The notes beneath the pieces are model-generated. The model was not told where the DNA came from, did no database searches, and worked only from the letters and a program-made list of their open reading frames with translations. This document shows positions 26,593 to 35,076 of a DNA stretch of 37,325 nucleotides, piece by piece; the first letter of the stretch is position 1; every line of letters starts with the position of its first letter. The position numbers and the translations under genes are program-made. Location of the stretch: NCBI GenBank assembly GCA_964347045.1, contig CAYFXC010000004.1, forward strand, positions 129,660 through 166,984. The letters are read 5' to 3'. The DNA is from an uncultured archaeon (GTDB lineage: Archaea; Asgardarchaeota; Hermodarchaeia; Hermodarchaeales; Hermodarchaeaceae).

Positions 26593-28146
26593 CTAATCAA
26601 CTCCTTTAAGACGCCAGAGTATGAACGCAGCTACAACTAGTATTACTATCCAGAGTCCAGGTATGATAAATTCATACCCGGTACCTGCACCGTATATTCC
26701 GGGATTGAATCCAGCACCGACACTCGCGGTTCCAAGTATGAAGTTGTTCAAGACAATGAATGACAGAGCGATGATGATACCAATTGGTGCGACAATTTTG
26801 ATAAACCACTTATACCATCCGGGTAATTTGAAGTCACCGGATTCATTTGCATCATCAACGATTTTTCCGCCACCGTAAACCCAGCCCATGATCAGCATCA
26901 AGAACAAGCCTACAATGACTAGCCCATAGAATTCAACGTAATAATCTACCACATCGAGGAGGAAGAGACCCCATGTTACATCCGTTGCCCCTGCCAATCC
27001 TGGAGCTTCTATCCAGTTGACGAACGGAAGCCCCATGCCGAAGATAAGCAGAACGACAACTATGACCGTCCTTGATCTAGGCCAGCCAAACTTGTCAATT
27101 ACAGCAGTAACAATAGCCTCAACTAGTGAGACGGCACTGGTGATTCCCAAGAATACCATCATTATGAAGAAGATGACGCCCAGTATATTACCGCCCGGGA
27201 AGATCATGACCCCCGGCCAAGCTATGAACGCGAAGGCCACAGTACTTGCTCCCGGTGGGGCAAGTAGTAGTCCAGCAAAAGCGGCTATCGGGAAGATGGC
27301 AAGTCCTGCTGTGAACGCGAAGGTTGTGTCAAGCAGACTAGTAGTAATTGCGCTATTAGTGAGTTCTCCTTTTCTGGGCAAATAGCTCGCATATGCGGTC
27401 AATATACCCATTCCTGCACTAAGCTTGAAGAAACTTAATGATACCGCAGTTGACCACATTTCTGAGTTTAGAAACTGCGTCGGATCCGGATTCAGATAGA
27501 AGTTAAGTCCTGCAGATGCGCCTGGTAGCATAAAAGCCCAAATTGCCATACCGATAATGATAATCCATAGAATTGGGAAAAAGAGCATAACAGCTCTTTC
27601 GATTCCACGAGTACCAAAATAGTCAATGACAAAGATTATGATCCAGACAATGACAAGACCTACGAGGAGTAGGGGGCTAAACAGGAGATTCACAAAGAAA
27701 AATGGTTGGTCTGTAAATAGCGCTGGCCCCATTGGTCCATCTAACACTAATCCTGGTACGGCTGCGTAGCCAGCATAGATTACAGCCCAGCCAATTATTA
27801 CACAATAAAACGCTGTTAATACAGCGGCATTGCAAAGGCAGAACCATCCCAGAAATTCACCATTCTTGTTGATTCGCTTGAGGGCACCGGGGAAGCCACG
27901 ACGAGTTGTCGATCCAAGTACAAATTCAGTAAGCACCACAGGGATACCCACTAACGCTAACATTATGACATAGATGATAACGAAGGGGCCACCACCCAAT
28001 GATGATACTCTGTAAGGCCAGTTCCATACATTTCCAAGACCAGTCATAGAACCCCAAACGGCAAAAATAAAGCCCATTCTAGTGATCCATGCTTCTCTGG
28101 CAACTCCTTTTTCGAGGGATTCTTCAGGAGGTGACATTGATAACAC
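26593..28146 (-). CDS. Neurotransmitter:sodium symporter (NSS/SNF) family transporter
   Basis: REAW.TR.GFI, GLGNVW.WPY, GGG.F...Y, GIP....E..LG, GIER, AYASY and GITSAVS..E motifs; many TM helices. Confidence 0.93.
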   Translation of the reverse strand: MLSMSPPEESLEKGVAREAWITRMGFIFAVWGSMTGLGNVWNWPYRVSSLGGGPFVIIYVIMLALVGIPVVLTEFVLGSTTRRGFPGALKRINKNGEFLGWFCLCNAAVLTAFYCVIIGWAVIYAGYAAVPGLVLDGPMGPALFTDQPFFFVNLLFSPLLLVGLVIVWIIIFVIDYFGTRGIERAVMLFFPILWIIIIGMAIWAFMLPGASAGLNFYLNPDPTQFLNSEMWSTAVSLSFFKLSAGMGILTAYASYLPRKGELTNSAITTSLLDTTFAFTAGLAIFPIAAFAGLLLAPPGASTVAFAFIAWPGVMIFPGGNILGVIFFIMMVFLGITSAVSLVEAIVTAVIDKFGWPRSRTVIVVVLLIFGMGLPFVNWIEAPGLAGATDVTWGLFLLDVVDYYVEFYGLVIVGLFLMLIMGWVYGGGKIVDDANESGDFKLPGWYKWFIKIVAPIGIIIALSFIVLNNFILGTASVGAGFNPGIYGAGTGYEFIIPGLWIVILVVAAFILWRLKGVD

Positions 28147-28580
28147 TCCAAATTATCGCCAGTTTCTGACGATTCGGAGTCTTATGTAAAGTTCTTATAT
28201 TTATTGTTTCTGAGAAAAAGGATACCCCAATATTATTTGAAGGCAAAAAAAATGTCTTTCTGCCACATAAACATCTATATCCACCCCTTTCTTGCCTAGG
28301 TTTGATTTCAGGTCTTTTTTCAAAAATGCAGGTTATAGTCGGCATTTCTTATAGACCTTCAAGAAGAAAAAATACGTCAATATCATATTTTTGAATCAGA
28401 AAGGACACGATGCATTTTTTCATAGAATTGGAGTCAGGTTGATGAAAGAGATAAGGTTCGTTTTCTGCATTCATTAGAATTTTATTTTCAATGGTGTCGT
28501 AAAGTTGAAAAGGCTGTATACGAATGGCAACTCAGACCTTCTATAACTTCCAATCTGGATTTCCAGAGGGAGATAGAACT

Positions 28581-29570
28581 ATGCCCGAAATTATTGAATG
28601 GAAGAATATGCGAAAGAACGACCTCGTCTATCGTTGGCCTAATGATCTCGTAAAATGGGGCAGCCAGTGTCTTGTGCGTGAAAACCAAGCCGCTGTCTTC
28701 TACCGAGATGGTAAAGCGCTCGACGCAATGGGCGTTGGACGTCACACATTGACAACAGCGAATGTTCCAATCCTTACTGGCATTCTTCGCCGAATTGCTG
28801 GTTTTGATAGATCGCCCTTCAACGCGGAAGTCGTTTTTATAAACATGACCAAATTCCAAGGTAAATTTGGTGGAAAGGGTCAAACCCGTGACCTAGCCCC
28901 ACTAATGTTTCATGGTGAATTTTGGTTCGAAATCGACGATCCTCAAGTTTTTGTCAACGAAGTCGTCGCGGGAGAAAACTACACTACTCAGGATGTCACT
29001 AATTTCATCCGATCCAAATTTGTCGAACTTGCCATGGATGAACTTTCTGGTTATCCACTTCAGGATGCAATGACTCGTCTTGACGAAACTAGCATGAAAA
29101 CTCGAACGCGCTTAGCTGATAAATTCGAAGAATATGGCTTGAAATTACTAGATATGGCATTTGCAGGAATGGACACATCCCCCGAATACCGCGAACGTCT
29201 TTTCTTCGCTGTACAAGGCGTCAGTGGCCGAGAAGTACTCACCGCTGAAACCATGCGCCGAAGCGCAGAAGCCCTCGGTCAAGGCGGAGGATCTGCTGGT
29301 GCAGGCGCTGGTATCGTACTCATACCACAACTTGCAGAGATGATGCGATCATCCCAGAAGCCCCAGGAACAGGGAATCACCCATGTTGCCTGTCCACACT
29401 GTGGTGCTGCTATGCCCCTCAAGCGTGGAAAACCACCGAAGTTTTGCAGTGAGTGTGGTAAAACGATTCGGAAACAGGTTGATGAACGAAGAAAAGCAAA
29501 GCAGTTCTGTCCAAACTGTGGTGCCCCCGCCAAAGGAAAATTCTGCGCGGAATGCGGAGAAAAGCTTTAG
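28581..29570 (+). CDS. SPFH (Band-7, YdjI-like) protein with C-terminal double zinc ribbons
   Basis: WGSQCLVRENQAAVFYRDGK...GRHTLTTANVP...SPFNAEVVFIN, Gly-rich AGAGAG, then CPHC/CSEC/CPNC/CAEC. ORF open from 28524. Confidence 0.9.
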   Translation: MPEIIEWKNMRKNDLVYRWPNDLVKWGSQCLVRENQAAVFYRDGKALDAMGVGRHTLTTANVPILTGILRRIAGFDRSPFNAEVVFINMTKFQGKFGGKGQTRDLAPLMFHGEFWFEIDDPQVFVNEVVAGENYTTQDVTNFIRSKFVELAMDELSGYPLQDAMTRLDETSMKTRTRLADKFEEYGLKLLDMAFAGMDTSPEYRERLFFAVQGVSGREVLTAETMRRSAEALGQGGGSAGAGAGIVLIPQLAEMMRSSQKPQEQGITHVACPHCGAAMPLKRGKPPKFCSECGKTIRKQVDERRKAKQFCPNCGAPAKGKFCAECGEKL

Positions 29571-29583
29571 CCCTGTATAAACC

Positions 29584-29606
29584 AGAGGGCTTCTTGCCCT
29601 CTTTTT
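29584..29606 (+). terminator. Hairpin plus T-tract
   Basis: AGAGGGC-TTCTT-GCCCTCT followed by TTTT, just after the SPFH stop. Confidence 0.72.
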
Positions 29607-29662
29607 CCTTCTTTTTCGCATCAATTGTCTTTGGAAATCTGTTCGATTTTATCAACGGATTT

Positions 29663-29713
29663 GTTAACCAAGTTTGTCTAGGAGGACAGTTATAGTTTTC
29701 ATTTTGCTTAAAT
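29663..29713 (+). promoter_or_regulatory. Conserved promoter/operator copy 1
   Basis: 34/51 ungapped identity to 32076-32126; contains GTTAAC, palindrome TGTC-N6-GACA and ends in TTAAAT. Confidence 0.7.
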
Positions 29714-29766
29714 ACGTATGCGGAGTACTAGAAGTAGACGAAAAAACTGAATAGAGTGGTCCTGGG

Positions 29767-31161
29767 TTGAAAGGATATGCTAAATGGTTGTCATTAACCC
29801 TATTCGGATTTTGCCTACTTTTCTTCATATCACCGGCTCAAGTAGGCGCACAACCACCCCAACAATGGATTCCCGGGATGGAACGAGTATTTTTTGGACA
29901 CACGTTCACTGAGCAATCGTGGACTAATGATTCAATTGTCTTTGAATCTGAAAACAACGACACTGTTCAATTTATTGCTAGCTATCTAAATTTTGATGAG
30001 GGTGAAGGGGCATTTCAGGCGATGCTTATTGCCTTGGGCGTGATAGAAAACGAGAATGGAACTCAATCCACTCTTCCATACCAACTCTTTGGTCTCCACT
30101 TCACGACCCAAGGTGGACGCGACATCTTTGCAGGGTCACTTTTAGCCTTCCTATTCGGGTTCAATGATACAGACGACAACGGAATTCCAAGTCCCGGTGA
30201 GAACAGATTTTTCATTATCCCATATGGATTCAATGAAGGGAATGCGTCAGCCACGTTGACGGTGGAAGCGATTCCTATCACGAAACTGGCTGATAACCAT
30301 TATCAATTTGGAATCCGATATCAGAATTTATATGGTCGACTTGTTTCAGCGAATAGTGAAGAGGAATTTGTATGGACACTGCTTCTTCCGCTCTTTGAAA
30401 TCACCTTCAGCGAGTTAACGGTAATTTATGATATTACAGTAGACGTTGAAACAGGAGAAATCACCACAGAAACCTATTATACAATTGGTCAAGTAACTGA
30501 TTTTCGATTTCTCGGCATCTCAGTGCCAAACTTCCATGATAAGCTCCAAGATGTTGGCATTGGAGTCGCTCATTTAGGCGTTATTCTAACAACGAGATAC
30601 TACACACGAACCGCTGGAACTGCACCAATTGGAGGAACAGATCAGAACCTCGTAAACATTTCCACGGATACACAGGGACGCGACCGAGCCTTTGCCCTAA
30701 GTACCCGGGGGACCTATGATGTACTCAACGAAAGTACAAATCCTCATACAACCATACAATCAGAACTTCCAGCGTATAGTTGGATTCTTTCCCCCCAACC
30801 AATTGACATGATTCTTCTTCTTTGGCAACTGCCCATATCAGCCAATATATTTAGTATATTCGCCTATGCAATGAGCTCCTATCTCCAAAGAATATTTGAT
30901 GGTCCGCTTGATGTGTTTAACCACGCAGATAATGTCTTCAACACTGCGGCTTTTTGGTTTGGCATAACATTTCCTGAATCACATGGATATCGCGTTGAAC
31001 ATGACCCTGTTTATACGGCTTTTTCAAACATTGGTCAAGCTGCAAGTTCTATCGGTTTGATAATAATCGGTACTGTGGCATTAATTGCGCTCATTGTTGT
31101 GGTGTTGCGTGTCATTCGAACTAATGGGCGTAGAAATCATGCCTTAGAAAAGGAGGCATAA
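29767..31161 (+). CDS. Secreted, C-terminally anchored putative glycoprotein, paralog A
   Basis: Signal peptide; N-x-S/T sequons (NDS, NDT, NGT, NAS, NIS, NES); DTDDNG Ca-loop-like motif; HDPVY then a TM helix and basic tail. Confidence 0.88.
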   Translation: MKGYAKWLSLTLFGFCLLFFISPAQVGAQPPQQWIPGMERVFFGHTFTEQSWTNDSIVFESENNDTVQFIASYLNFDEGEGAFQAMLIALGVIENENGTQSTLPYQLFGLHFTTQGGRDIFAGSLLAFLFGFNDTDDNGIPSPGENRFFIIPYGFNEGNASATLTVEAIPITKLADNHYQFGIRYQNLYGRLVSANSEEEFVWTLLLPLFEITFSELTVIYDITVDVETGEITTETYYTIGQVTDFRFLGISVPNFHDKLQDVGIGVAHLGVILTTRYYTRTAGTAPIGGTDQNLVNISTDTQGRDRAFALSTRGTYDVLNESTNPHTTIQSELPAYSWILSPQPIDMILLLWQLPISANIFSIFAYAMSSYLQRIFDGPLDVFNHADNVFNTAAFWFGITFPESHGYRVEHDPVYTAFSNIGQAASSIGLIIIGTVALIALIVVVLRVIRTNGRRNHALEKEA

Positions 31162-31288
31162 AATTTGGACGATATGTATAAAGGCGAAATTTCCTCAGTC
31201 AATGTGGAGCATGGCTCCTCAAAATTCCAGAAGAGCCATTCGTAGAACCCAAAAAAACTAGATGAAAAGCCGGGGATGAAATTAGCCA

Positions 31289-32035
31289 TTGACGGACTTG
31301 GACGAATTTCTGACGGCCATTGGACATCCATTGCGCCGTCAAATCCTTGAAACCGTCTACGAAACCCCAGGAGTTGCGTATTCTCAAATTCTAGCTCGCG
31401 TGAATATTTCCAGTGGTAAACTGAATTTTCATTTACAGAAACTTAACCCCTTTTTAGCTCAAATCGATGGACAATATCAAATATCCAATGAAGGATTGAA
31501 ACTTTACCGTACATGGAAGATGCTTGAAGGACGAGTTAGTGGCACCGAAGCCACCAAGGCAGAAACACCGGGTTTGTATTTTGGTCGGAGAACTTTCTCA
31601 TTTCTCATTGATCTCATCTTGATACTGTCTCTGTTATTTATTGCCGCTGATTTAGCCTCGGCGTTTACATTGGTTCCAGCTTGGTGGTTGGGTGGAATAC
31701 CTGTTCCTTTGTTCATGAACCGGATCATTGACATGTTTTTTGTATACCCCGATTTGACAGTCGTGCTTATCAGAGCTTTTATTGTAGCAATTTTATGGAT
31801 GTACTTCACGCTCTTAGAAGGCTATCGAGGTCAAACGCTTGGGAAAATGATTTTGGGTATTCGAATTGTTGATGTTAGTGGTGCTCGTTTTGCTCAGCAT
31901 CCTGCAGCAGTACGCGCACTTACAAAGGTGCTCATTCTCCCCATTGATATCTTGGTTGGATTAATCAAGTCGCGCAAATCAGGTTTCCTTCGATTTTTTG
32001 GACAGTATACTCGCAGCTGGGTTGTCAGAAAATAA
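31289..32035 (+). CDS. ArsR-like winged-HTH fused to an RDD membrane domain
   Basis: HPLRRQIL...SSGKLNFHLQKL (wHTH); RRTFSFLID and GQTLGKMILGIRIV (RDD). Confidence 0.88.
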   Translation: MTDLDEFLTAIGHPLRRQILETVYETPGVAYSQILARVNISSGKLNFHLQKLNPFLAQIDGQYQISNEGLKLYRTWKMLEGRVSGTEATKAETPGLYFGRRTFSFLIDLILILSLLFIAADLASAFTLVPAWWLGGIPVPLFMNRIIDMFFVYPDLTVVLIRAFIVAILWMYFTLLEGYRGQTLGKMILGIRIVDVSGARFAQHPAAVRALTKVLILPIDILVGLIKSRKSGFLRFFGQYTRSWVVRK

Positions 32036-32075
32036 AGAATGCTGTTTTTTTATCTAATTTCGGTGTCAAAGCTTA

Positions 32076-32126
32076 GTTAACCGCAGTTTTCTAGACGGAA
32101 AACTAAACTTATCAGCTTCTTTAAAT
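32076..32126 (+). promoter_or_regulatory. Conserved promoter/operator copy 2
   Basis: Contains GTTAAC, palindrome AGTTTTC-N6-GAAAACT (32085-32104) and TTTAAAT; aligns without gaps to 29663-29713. Confidence 0.7.
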
Positions 32127-32191
32127 TTGTATTTTGTGAGGGGAAACTAGCGAGCAAACACTTGCCCGATAACGGTAAAGGTGTGCTTTAA

Positions 32192-33595
32192 TTGATGAAA
32201 AAAATGAAATTACTTCCAGTAATGGCTCTAGCGCTTGCATTAACGGTTGTATTTGCCCCAATGACAACTCAAGCCCTTCCACCCGCCGATTATGTTCCTG
32301 GCAGTGAAGCGTTGATTTTTGATCATACGTTCGCAGAGGTAGGTGGCTGGACTAAAGAGGTCAACATAACCGACAGTGATACCGGCAACCACGTTGAGCT
32401 CATCATGCACCACGTGAACTATGATGGCACGGGAGCATTCGAAGCAGCCCTATTAGCTTTGGGTGATGTATACATTGCTGAAAATGACACCCACGCCACA
32501 TTCCCATACCAACTCTTTGGAATGCACTTCACAACACCAAGTGGTAATGAAATCTTTACAGGTGCTGTTTTTGCCTTCATGTTTGCCTTCAATGATACTG
32601 GTGCAGGTGATCATCACGGCAATAACATTCGTGACGGGGATGAGGATTTCTGGTTCGTCGTCCCTTATGGTTGGGATGGTGGGAACAGAACATCAGCAAC
32701 CCCCGTTGTCTCAGCCATCACAATGGACGACAGTACTCCTGGTGAATACCGGTTTGGTGTTACCTACCAAAACCTTTACGCACGAATTGTTGACAGAGGA
32801 AGCCTCCTTGGATTTCTCATTACCCTTCAAATACCAATTTTTGAAGTTCAAATTAGTGAACTAACATTCGAATACGTTATTACTGTCGATGACGAAACTG
32901 GCGAAATTACAGCAGAAACCTTTTACACAATTGGCCAAGTCCAAGCCCTTTATGCCTTCGGACAACCAATCCCAATTCAATATGTCCATGACGCTTTAGA
33001 AAACGTAACCATTGGTGCAGCTCATTTCGTTAGCGCATGGGGTTCCAACTACTACACGGAGACCGGTACAACAACACCCACCCCAGCAGCTGATTGGCAA
33101 TATGCTAATATCACCACTGATGCTGCTGGAAATCAGCGGGCTTTTGCAGTAGGAGTACGCGGCACCTATGACCTTCTTAACGAATCTGATGGCAACGCAG
33201 TAATTAGCTCTGATAACCCAGCATATAGTTGGATCATGACACCAATATTATGGGATTTACTACTAGTAGCGTGGCAATTTCCGTTCTCAGCAGACTTCCT
33301 TGCGATCTGGGCGTACGCAGTTGCAAGTCCTACGCTGCAAGCATTGTATGATGGCCCACTTGACCTTTACAATCATGCAGATACGGCATTCAACAACATC
33401 GCTTTCTGGTACGCGATCACCTTCCCCAAGTTTGGAGGTTATCGTGTGGTACATGATCCTGTGTACACTGCTTATTCCAATATTGGACAGGCAGCACCTC
33501 CTGGAATCCCAGGATTTCCATGGGAAGCTGTATTGATTGGTGTAATCACCAGTTTGGTTGCGGTATTTGTCGTCCGTCGTCGAAAGAAAGTGTAA
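32192..33595 (+). CDS. Secreted putative surface glycoprotein, paralog B, with PGF-type C-terminal sorting signal
   Basis: Signal peptide; colinear with paralog A (PYQLFG.HFTT, YQNLY, ETGEIT.ET.YTIGQV, RGTYD.LNES, HDPVYTA.SNIGQAA); ends IPGF-TM-RRRKKV. Confidence 0.9.
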   Translation: MMKKMKLLPVMALALALTVVFAPMTTQALPPADYVPGSEALIFDHTFAEVGGWTKEVNITDSDTGNHVELIMHHVNYDGTGAFEAALLALGDVYIAENDTHATFPYQLFGMHFTTPSGNEIFTGAVFAFMFAFNDTGAGDHHGNNIRDGDEDFWFVVPYGWDGGNRTSATPVVSAITMDDSTPGEYRFGVTYQNLYARIVDRGSLLGFLITLQIPIFEVQISELTFEYVITVDDETGEITAETFYTIGQVQALYAFGQPIPIQYVHDALENVTIGAAHFVSAWGSNYYTETGTTTPTPAADWQYANITTDAAGNQRAFAVGVRGTYDLLNESDGNAVISSDNPAYSWIMTPILWDLLLVAWQFPFSADFLAIWAYAVASPTLQALYDGPLDLYNHADTAFNNIAFWYAITFPKFGGYRVVHDPVYTAYSNIGQAAPPGIPGFPWEAVLIGVITSLVAVFVVRRRKKV

Positions 33596-33624
33596 TCTCC
33601 TTGTTGGGGACCTAACTTTATCGA

Positions 33625-33666
33625 ATCCGCCCACTCTACCCGGGGGGGCGGATCTTCTCTTTTTTT
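33625..33666 (+). terminator. Hairpin plus T-tract
   Basis: ATCCGCCC-N13-GGGCGGAT then CTTCTCTTTTTTT. Confidence 0.7.
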
Positions 33667-33742
33667 AGATTTCTCCAGAGTCTATGAATAGCCCATTTGA
33701 GGTGGGGGCTAGTAAAATGGAATAGGTTAAAAACAGAATGAG

Positions 33743-33755
33743 TTAACACCGTTAA
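33743..33755. promoter_or_regulatory. Palindrome TTAAC-ACC-GTTAA, candidate operator
   Basis: Between a TTAAAA box (33727-33732) and the ATG at 33757. Confidence 0.45.
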
Positions 33756-33756
33756 T

Positions 33757-34452
33757 ATGCCAATTCGAGAAATCATTGAAATCGATGAAGAGAAATGCAC
33801 CGGTTGCGGTGAATGTATTCCCAACTGTGCGGAGGGCGCTTTACAAATCATCGCTGGGAAAGCCAAACTAATCCGAGATGACTTGTGTGATGGGCTTGGA
33901 GCCTGTTTAGGCCATTGTCCCGAAGACGCTTTAAAAATCATTCACCGAGAAGCCCCAGACTTTGATGAAGAGGCTGTCGAAAAACACCTAGCCCAAATTG
34001 GAGCCCAAGAATGTATCTCTTGCGACGTAAAAGTAGATGGTTCGAATTTGGAGACGCCTTCAAAGCTAAATGGAGAAGTCATACCAATTGGGCAAAGACA
34101 ATGGCCTATTGCTTTGCGTTTAGTATCAGTTAATGCACCGTTTTTCGAAAATGCCGATCTATTAGTGGTTGCAGATTGCGTTCCTTTCTCATATCCTCAA
34201 TTTCAGCAAGAATTCTTACAAGGTAGAGTCTTGGTGTATGGATGTCCAAAGTTTGATAACGCCCAAGGATATGTGGAGAAGCTCACTGAGATTTTTCGAA
34301 ACAACTCAATTAAAAGTGTGACCATGCTAAAGATGGAGGTACCCTGCTGTTCGGGTCTTCAACGGATTGTCGAAATTGCCTTGAACCAGACGAAAAAAAC
34401 GATCCCTATTGAAAATATCACGATTACCCTACAAGGTAGCAAGAAGTCATAG
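33757..34452 (+). CDS. 4Fe-4S dicluster domain protein (family often linked to hybrid-cluster protein)
   Basis: CTGCGECIPNCAEGA, CDGLGACLGHCP, QWPI.L.L, ADC, GCPKFD and MEVPCC motifs. Confidence 0.9.
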   Translation: MPIREIIEIDEEKCTGCGECIPNCAEGALQIIAGKAKLIRDDLCDGLGACLGHCPEDALKIIHREAPDFDEEAVEKHLAQIGAQECISCDVKVDGSNLETPSKLNGEVIPIGQRQWPIALRLVSVNAPFFENADLLVVADCVPFSYPQFQQEFLQGRVLVYGCPKFDNAQGYVEKLTEIFRNNSIKSVTMLKMEVPCCSGLQRIVEIALNQTKKTIPIENITITLQGSKKS

Positions 34453-34469
34453 TTGAGTGAACAGTCTTC

Positions 34470-34967
34470 TTAGTTTTTTGACTGTTTGCGTCCTATGTCA
34501 TCAACAGCATGTTGTAGCTCACCGTAAGGCGGTTCGATGGCAGGATTATCCGTGATCCATTTCCAGCGGATGAACCCTTCAGGACTAATAACAAAGACTG
34601 CCCGTTTTGCGGCGATGTAATCCTTGAGTGTACCTAATCCCTCTTGGACAACATCATAGGCTCGTATAGCAACACGATTATAATCACTAAGGATTGGAAA
34701 AGACAGACGATTTTTTTCAGCAAATGCTTTGTTTGTAAAGGGATCATTCACACTAATAGCAACGACCTGCGCATTGACAGATTCAAAGTTTGCAAGAGCA
34801 TCGCGGAAATGACAAAGTTCCTTGGTACACACCGCAGTAAACGCACCAGGAAAGAAGGCAAGCACGATAATTTGGCCTTTGAATTCTTTTAGGGTACGTT
34901 GATTGAATTCAGTATCGTAGAGCTTGATTGGAGGAGCCGATTGACCGATTTGTAAGCGTGAAGACAT
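34470..34967 (-). CDS. Peroxiredoxin (BCP/PrxQ-like)
   Basis: FFPGAFTAVCTKELCHFRD, ISVND, LSDYN and KRAVFVI motifs. Confidence 0.93.
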   Translation of the reverse strand: MSSRLQIGQSAPPIKLYDTEFNQRTLKEFKGQIIVLAFFPGAFTAVCTKELCHFRDALANFESVNAQVVAISVNDPFTNKAFAEKNRLSFPILSDYNRVAIRAYDVVQEGLGTLKDYIAAKRAVFVISPEGFIRWKWITDNPAIEPPYGELQHAVDDIGRKQSKN

Positions 34968-35076
34968 AAACTATCCATCCTGAACCCATAATGAATTATT
35001 CCTTGCCAAAAATATTATTGATTACCAGATTTTCGACGATTACAATTAAAAATGGATATGCTTCTAAAGGTTAGAA

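Noticed and set aside
28147-28580. Long AT-rich intergenic region as ncRNA/riboswitch, and the 73-aa ORF 28124..28345
   Set aside because: No recognisable RNA motif or convincing ORF; best explained as divergent promoters.
33726-33734. SurR-like GTT-N3-AAC site
   Set aside because: A single short match that coincides with the probable TATA box; no SurR context.
5812-34967. Selenocysteine in the redox genes (hydrogenase small subunit, FrhB family, hypD, peroxiredoxin, Fe-S protein)
   Set aside because: All catalytic positions are ordinary Cys codons. The mobB TGA is an ATGA overlap, not an in-frame Sec codon.
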